Positions 56,901-64,000 of a stretch of 64,000 nt of DNA are shown piece after piece. This stretch comes from Octopus bimaculoides (lineage: Eukaryota), in NCBI RefSeq assembly GCF_001194135.2, contig NC_068998.1:26535312-26599311 (forward strand), written 5' to 3'. Below the pieces are notes generated by a model, which saw only the letters and a list, made by a program, of their open reading frames with translations, made no database searches and was not told where the DNA came from. Numbering within the stretch: the first letter of the stretch is position 1; the number at the start of each line of letters is the position of its first letter. The translations under genes were made by a program, and so were the position numbers.

Positions 56901-57690
56901 AGGGCATTACTATACATAAATGCCTCACGCTAAGAGGGACTCTAAAGTCAAACTACCATAATAAACACATTTTTACCGAACGCGAGGGAATGCAACTCTC
57001 AAAGCTAGCCCCCGAAAACCAGACTAAACGGTGGATCATGATTTCGTAATTATTGCAGTAATATGCACCTTTTACTCATCAGTACACGTATGGTCAAGAC
57101 ACATAAAAATAAACAAACAAATCAACATACCAGACGATCACTCCATGTATTCAAGATAGTACATAGAACATTGTTTATCCCTATATATCTATGTAAGAGG
57201 CGGACTTTTCGAATTGCATCTCGGTACATGTGTTTTTTCAGAATACCTGTATTGTGGAAAACGAATCTATTTTTCATGCAGCGTGACTGTATCTCAAAGT
57301 AAGTCTCGTTTGACCCAAATAATTGTGGCCACAACCTGAGCAGGTTAGAATATAGATAAGGTTCTGTGAAGTTGGTCTTAACTGAGAATTTTTCTCTTTG
57401 CTGGAATGTGAATTCGGAGTCTCTAGTTAGGTATGAGCATGAACCACGATTAGGTCGTCTGCATTTTTTAACTGCTGGTATCGTAGGTATTGAGTATAGT
57501 TTTGCATTAGTTAGGAGTCTTTTAAGCGATTTGAGGAGTTTATGTGTATTTAGGATGTTGTTCATTATCGGGTCTTGAGTGAGTAGAGAGAGATCTCGTA
57601 TAATTGTGTTGTATACTTCATTGTTTCTGGGGTTGTGGGTTGATATGTATGAGAGTGATTTAAAGTGAGGTGTGGTGTTTTGTTTTGTTG
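56901..57690 (-). mobile_element. 5'-truncated Penelope-like element: GIY-YIG endonuclease C-terminus plus 3' pseudo-LTR region
   Basis: Frame 1 gives SYISTHNPRN and KKCRRPNRGSCSYL. The shifted frame gives NLIYILTCSGCGHNYLGQT (PLE GIY-YIG). A hammerhead motif lies downstream, followed by a terminal GGCATT/AATGCC hairpin (56903-56924) and (TA)n. Confidence 0.85.
57027..57088 (-). ncRNA. Minimal type I hammerhead ribozyme motif (helix I degenerate)
   Basis: Minus strand reads ACGUGUA-CUGAUGA-GUAA..UGCA/UGCA..UUAC-GAAA-UCAUGA-UC-CACCGU. The core is intact, helix II is closed by GUAA/UUAC and helix III is the palindrome AUCAUGAU. The AUC cleavage triplet places the cut between 57034 and 57033. 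Confidence 0.75.
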
Positions 57691-59225
57691 ACACGTTCCA
57701 TAAATCGCAACCTTGGTTTCTGTCGCAGTCCCCTTCCATTCACAAGTTCCCCGTATAGCATTTGCTTAGGGATCTTGCTATCCTTCATTCTAATAAGGTG
57801 TCCAGTCCAACGTAACCAGTGTTTGTGCACCATCGCCTCAATACTCAAGATATCAGCTGTTCTCAGGACATGTGTGTCTAGAGTTTTTAAGGTCCAGCCA
57901 ACATTCAGAGTGCGTCTGAGACATCTCTGATGAAAGCGTTCAAGGACCCTGACATGACGTTTGTAAAGGGTCCATGTCTCACATGAGTAAAGGAGCGATG
58001 TCAGTAAACATGCACGGTACACAGCAATCTATTGTTGTGATGCCATGTTGGAACCAGACACCAGACTGAAGAGACCAGGAGGAATCAGTTGCTCTCTGCA
58101 GCCTGAAAGATATTTCATCATCCAGGGAGCAAGATATTTCATCATCCAGGGTGCTGCCCAAGTAGACAAACATGTCTATCACTTTCAGAATTGTTCCTTC
58201 AGCCAAGATAGCTGGTTCCACATATGGATTTCCTGGTGCAGGCTGGAATATTACAACAGTTTTGTCCAAGCTAATGCTGAGTCCAAATGCCTTACAAGAA
58301 GCAGAAATACAATTCATAAGTATTTGCATGTCATCCACTGTATGAGTGACTAAGTCACAGTGATCTGCATAAAAGAGGTCACGAATCGGAGACTGGAAAA
58401 CTTTTGAATTGGCAGCAAATCGGCGCAGATTAAAGAGGCGGCCAAAAAACTGATACCTGACATATATTCCCAGAGAGCTAACCTTAGCAAAAGCATGAGT
58501 AAAAGCAGCAGCAAAGTACAGAAAGGATTTCACCCTACTTGAAACCATTCTCTATAGGAAAGGGTCCCGCTGTGCCACCACCAACATTAACTCAAGCATC
58601 CATCCCATCATAAAATAATTTAATTATAGATACAAAGTGATCTGGACATTCAAGTTTGCCAAGTATTTTCCATAGCAAGGCCCTATTGACAGTATCAAAG
58701 GCCTTCGTTTTATCAATGAATACCTGGATAAGATCCATATTCTGCTCATAGTACTTCTGCATGTCTTGCTATGAAAATCATATCCATTGTCCCTCTACCA
58801 AATCGGAAGCCACATTGATATACAGATAGGACATCATTTACGAGGCACCCATTCAGGCGGGCAAGAAGAATATTTGCCAGAACCTTGCCAGCAGCTGATA
58901 GTAGAGCAATACCTCTGTAGTTACCACATATTGTTCTGGCTCCTTTTCCTTTATAGAGAGGAAGAATAATTGCATCTTTCCAGTCCTTAGGGATTGCACC
59001 ATCCCTCCAGACTGCACTAATAAGTTCATGAAGGGACTGTGTGATGTAATTACCACCAAATCGCAAGACCTCAGCACAAATTCCATCCTTTCCAGGTGCC
59101 CTACCTAGATTCAATTTACTTATTGATGTCATTATTTCATCTACTGAGGGCGTGGAATTTAAGGAGCCAATGATAGGCTTTTATTGCATAGTATCAATCA
59201 CTGTTTCATCAAACAACTGACTCAT
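57690..59225 (-). mobile_element. Decayed RTE-clade LINE reverse transcriptase, truncated at both ends
   Basis: ORF track and manual reading give GRAPGKDGI, GNYRGIALLSAAGKVLA, QCGFRFGRGTMDMIF, FYADHCDL, LLYSCETWT, FHQRCLRR, LRWTGHLIRM and MLYGEL. There is a 24-bp internal tandem duplication at 58107-58151. Confidence 0.95.
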
Positions 59226-60691
59226 CCATACATACAGTAAGAGAAAGAGAGAGAGAAAAACTTCTGGGAGGGTAGGAGGACTGAGACATTTCCAGTGCTG
59301 CACTCAGCCCGAGCCTTAGATTATCTTTACAGTCGGATTCTAGTCTTGAGAAAGACTGAAATTCTTAAGGTGTAGAAACTCCAGGTGTCACAACCGTTGT
59401 GTAAGTTTAGGGAAGAGTAAGATATAATCCAAATAAGAAGACAAAGAATGATTTTATCACATCTTTAATGACCAGTTACAATTGTTTCTGTACAACCTGC
59501 TATTCACTTGTCCATTGTAATTTGATACTGGTGAGTGTGGGTTCACTCGTTATTATCCACATCATACTTCATAAATGTTTGTTTTCTTTTTCTTTCCACC
59601 TATTCATATTAGCTTCCTCTTTCTTCTCCACCTTAACTCTCATCTTCCTCTTTTTTTTTCTACTCGTCTATTTCTCTTCCTTCTTCCTTTCTTCTCTCTC
59701 TTCTTCCTATTCTTTTACTCCTTCTTAATCATGTTGTTCTTCTTCGCCTTCTCATTCGCTTCCTACTTCCTCCTTCCTCCTCTACTGTATTTCTTCACCC
59801 CCAAACCATACTACTATCTGCGCCGATATTGACACTGTATTTGCCCTGTCCATCTTTTTACAATCTTTTTATACTTTTAACTTTACATATACGCTTTCTT
59901 TCCTCCCGATGTAAGCAAAACACAAAACCCGGCAGACGCACTATGTAAGAGCGCACCTTTCATGCAGGTCAGAAGTGTCACTCTGATGATTAATACCGCA
60001 AATATTACAAATTCTTCACTTATAAAGTTTGCGTGACGCTGGAGTTGGAATGAGAGTTGGTACAGAAATAATTTTAACTGCTCGTTAAAGATGTGATAAA
60101 CACCACTTTTTATGTGTTTTTATATGGATTATATATNNNNNNNNNNNNNNNNNNNNNNNNNNNNNNNNNNNNNNNNNNNNNNNNNNNNNNNNNNNNNNNN
60201 NNNNNNNNNNNNNNNNNNNNNNNNNNNNNNNNNNNNNNNNNNNNNNNNNNNNNNNNNNNNNNNNNNNNNNNNNNNNNNNNNNNNNNNNNNNNNNNNNNNN
60301 NNNNNNNNNNNNNNNNNNNNNNNNNNNNNNNNNNNNNNNNNNNNNNNNNNNNNNNNNNNNNNNNNNNNNNNNNNNNNNNNNNNNNNNNNNNNNNNNNNNN
60401 NNNNNNNNNNNNNNNNNNNNNNNNNNNNNNNNNNNNNNNNNNNNNNNNNNNNNNNNNNNNNNNNNNNNNNNNNNNNNNNNNNNNNNNNNNNNNNNNNNNN
60501 NNNNNNNNNNNNNNNNNNNNNNNNNNNNNNNNNNNNNNNNNNNNNNNNNNNNNNNNNNNNNNNNNNNNNNNNNNNNNNNNNNNNNNNNNNNNNNNNNNNN
60601 NNNNNNNNNNNNNNNNNNNNNNNNNNNNNNNNNNNNNNNNNNNNNNNNNNNNNNNNNNNNNNNNNNNNNNNNNNNNNNNNNNNNNNNNNNN

Positions 60692-61969
60692 GTGTCATCC
60701 CATAAATAATGCGGATTTTTTTATACTTCTTTTATTTCTCAAAATTAAGATAAACACAGTTTTTTTTTTAATCTAAAATATACTCTCCTTCATTTCGTAC
60801 AATTCTCTTCCATCTATCTGGTAGACTTGCAAGGCCCCACTTCCAATATTCACTTGTCCGTGATGAAAAATACTCCTCCAGTATTGTTCTGACCTTGTCT
60901 ACAGAATTCATATTTTTTCCGTTCAAATCATTTTGACCACTGCGGAAGAAATGGTAATCAGATGAGGCAATGTCAAGCGAATATGGTGGGTGGAGCATCG
61001 TTTCTCAATCAAACTGCTCCAGCTTTTGGAATGTGATCTTCGCTGTACGTGGCCGTGCATATAAGATGGAAGAATACTATTCGCTTTGAAACCAAATACG
61101 GTCGTTTTTCTTCTAGCGCTGACTTAAGCTGCTCAAGCTGCTCGCAGCTGATCTCCTTTGTTATCGTTTGGTTTGGGTTTAAAAGTTAAAAGTGGACTAC
61201 ACCTTTCATATCCCACCAAACAGATAACACCTTATGTGAGTGAAGAACTTCCTTAGCCTGTGGTGCCGAATTTTCGCCTTTCCCTACCCTTTGTCTTTAG
61301 CGCTTGGCATTTTTATAGGGAACCCTATTTCTTGTCACCAGTCACTATTCAGTCCAAAAAGGTTCATTCGTGCGACGGACTGCAAGGAAGAGCACACTCT
61401 CTGTGCGCGATTAGACTCGGAAAGTTTGTGAGGAACCCATTGACCCAATTTCCTAACTTTTCCTATGGCGTGCAGGTGTCGATGAATGGTTGAATGAGTA
61501 AATCCAAGCTTCTCTGCTAGTTCCTGAACAGTTACGATGAAATCTCGTTCCAACAGGGTTTTCAGAACGTCCTCGTCGAGCTCTACAGACCGTCCACGAC
61601 AAGGCTTGTCTTCTAGGCTGTAGTTTACGACTTGGAATTTCTGGAACCACCGTTGACACTGGCTTACGCTTATTGTCCGAGCCCCATATTCTGCATTAAT
61701 ATTCCTCGCACTTTCCGTTGTGTTGTTGCCGTTATTGAACTCCTAAAGCAAAATATGCTGAATATGTTCCTTTTTCACTTCCATTATAGCTTTGAAAAAA
61801 TAACTGTTAAATTCAAAGTGTACTTTTCAAAACTTGCGCTAAGAATAGATACAAGACAAAATTACTACCCGCTTTTATAGCAAGTTGATGCAAGTAGTTT
61901 ATCCCGTCCCACTCCGACTTTTTGTTCATGCAATTGAAAACACTGCATTATTTATGGGATAACCCAATA
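60692..61969 (-). mobile_element. Near full-length decayed mariner with both TIRs (~1.28 kb)
   Basis: ATG at 61784. Motifs include QRWFQKF, LGQWVPHKL and HPPYSLDIASSDYHFF, ending EGEYILD*. Inverted termini share ATCCCATAAATAATGC (60697-60712 and its reverse complement near 61945-61960), and the right end has a TA at 61968-61969. Stops and frameshifts are present. Confidence 0.95.
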
Positions 61970-62112
61970 TATAAACAAAATTCTAATTTAAGGCTACTTT
62001 CTAAATCAACACATTTTGAAGATTTAGGGCAACTATTTCTGAAAATGATCCGACATATCTGGACTTGTGAATAATGAGGGGAAAAATTGACTCCAGATTG
62101 ATCCACGTCCCA

Positions 62113-62181
62113 TTTCTTCTTCTTCTTCTTCTTCTTCTTCTTCTTCTTCGTCTTCTTCTTCCTCTTCTTCTTCTTCTTCTT

Positions 62182-62226
<45 letters not shown>

Positions 62227-62342
62227 GTAGTAGTAGTAGTAGTAGTAGTAGTGACGACGGAATTATTGAAACAAATCGCCCTCAGTTCTTACTTTTTTAA
62301 CCTCGTCTATTGGTCTATTTTGTCGAAACGCTCATAGAAAGG

Positions 62343-62412
<70 letters not shown>
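62113..62412. repeat. (CTT)n(CTA)n(GTA)n and (ATT)n microsatellites
   Basis: Read directly. Confidence 0.95.
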
Positions 62413-62414
<2 letters not shown>

Positions 62415-63489
62415 AACAACACGAAATGAAGACCACAAACGTTTTGAGAAGGAGATTAGCTGATTAGGTCAATCCACAGGTCTTGAACTATAGATACTTC
62501 TTTTGTCTGACGTCCTAAGTTTTCTACAGTTAGTAGTTGTGGGGAACCTTAATTAAAAGAACTGCCAATCATAACTGTCATATCTTTTTTCAGAACTAGA
62601 ATAAAACTATGTCACCTAATGTGTCCTTCTTTGTTGAAGGAAATATGGTGTGATTTACAAGAGATTTTGCTGCTGTTTTTAGTAGATTAAATGAGTAAAT
62701 GGAGATTGATTCTATAGATGTATAGTGAAGGTTTATTCTTTACAATTAACTATCCGTCTGAAGCCAACAGGTTCCACATGAAAGTAAACTTAATGGAAAT
62801 AGTTATTGTTTTAATCTATTCATTCTACAAGTGCGTTGCTGGTAGTCAGTGTCGGGATAAGATGAAAGTGGGTGTTTAGTTTATTACACATTTTTCCCGA
62901 GTTCAATTCCTGCTGGTGTTCTGTTTGCCTATAATTGCTTAGAACTTAAAGAAAGGATTGGAATGCCAACGGCGAAGCCTATGCTTTCTCACCTGATTTG
63001 CTTGAAATAGCTACCAAATTTCTTTCAAAATACATTTAATGTCTTAAAAGGGGGGTGGGGGCGCATAAGGTGTACCATGTTTGAAAAACAAAAGAAGGCA
63101 TGATCACGGGTAGAAAGCTTTTGAATCAGAAGTCGATTTGATCGGGGTTGAGTTGTGGCTAAACAGCCATAATAATGAAACAAAATGTCCCACAAATTTT
63201 ACATAACTGGCGAAAACTTCATCCTCGTACTAAAACTAGGCAAGAGAGATTGATTCTATGAGAAAGTGCAAGTGTGTAAAACAGTCAGATTTCATTGGCC
63301 TCCAGATCTTGATTATATCAAAAAATCATAGGTGTCACAAATAAGTAGCTGGAGTAGAATTTATCTGAAAACATATTTATAAACTCGACTTACAAATTCA
63401 ACATGGGAACTTCTTCCTGATTCTATGAACTGCCGCAAACGGGCAGCCAAATCTCCCACAAATTATATTGAGCCATATAAGTAAAATCC

Positions 63490-63840
63490 TTAGCTGATGA
63501 CTGAAGGGGGAGACTGTACTTTCAACTAATACGATGCTGTGAATGCCACTGGGCGATTGACTCGGGTGATGATGTTATTCCATGCTTTCTGATCCATGGC
63601 GCTGGTCTTAGCATGCTTGAGGTCGAGGCGCTTCGACTTCAGGTCTTCCTCACTTTATTTCACCCATGTCTTCTTTGGTGCGCTCCGCTGGATTCTCTAG
63701 TGTGTGGGCCACTGCTGCCACAAGAGTTGGTGTAGTAGTCTTCTGGTGCTCGTCCTTCAGACATCGGGAAACTGCTGTAGCCTGCGCTGCAGAGATTCAA
63801 CCATGTAGACTTTGATATACAATGTTTCACAGAATTATAG
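63490..63840 (-). mobile_element. RTE-type LINE 3' fragment
   Basis: Manual translation gives APKKTWVK*SEEDLKSKRLDLKHAKTSAMDQKAWNNII, matching the RTE GRPKKTW..DL..A.DR..W terminus. Confidence 0.7.
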
Positions 63841-64000
63841 ATAGTGATGGCTGGAACATAGGTCTACATGACCAGCAGATTTATAATCAAAGACGTTAGG
63901 CTAAGCAACAACCAAGAATTTATAATCATCAAGTGATGCTTACACACGACTATAGGACAAAATTCCAGTTAAACTTGGCTCAATTTTTGTTAACGCTCGT

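Noticed and set aside
59386-59900. Possible solo LTR starting TGTCACA
   Set aside because: No matching CA end or 4-6-bp TSD could be found.
59983-60015. CTGATGA followed by a TAATA/TATTA hairpin, a possible second hammerhead
   Set aside because: It lacks G10.1 and the GAAA core, and there is no helix III or cleavage triplet.

Overview
AT-rich animal genomic DNA from a gapped draft scaffold (8 N-runs, most flanked by microsatellites). The SINE/MITE families and microsatellite load look like octopus (coleoid cephalopod); this is recognition from memory, not a database result. No intact protein-coding gene could be identified. The window is mostly transposon debris: three decayed mariner copies (one with both TIRs), a decayed RTE-type RT joined to a Penelope-like GIY-YIG 3' end, a decayed R4/Dong-like LINE, an ORF1-only L1/Tx1-like insertion with a 17-bp TSD, a hAT-type non-autonomous element, TTAA-flanked MITEs and four SINE families. 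There is also a degenerate tRNA-Asp(GTC). The most notable signals are a minimal type I hammerhead ribozyme motif in the Penelope 3' end, the ORF1-only retroelement, and a CpG-depleted domain (~31-55 kb). That domain suggests a methylated host gene body whose exons and strand could only be guessed. Protein motifs come from manual translation, and boundaries of decayed elements are approximate.
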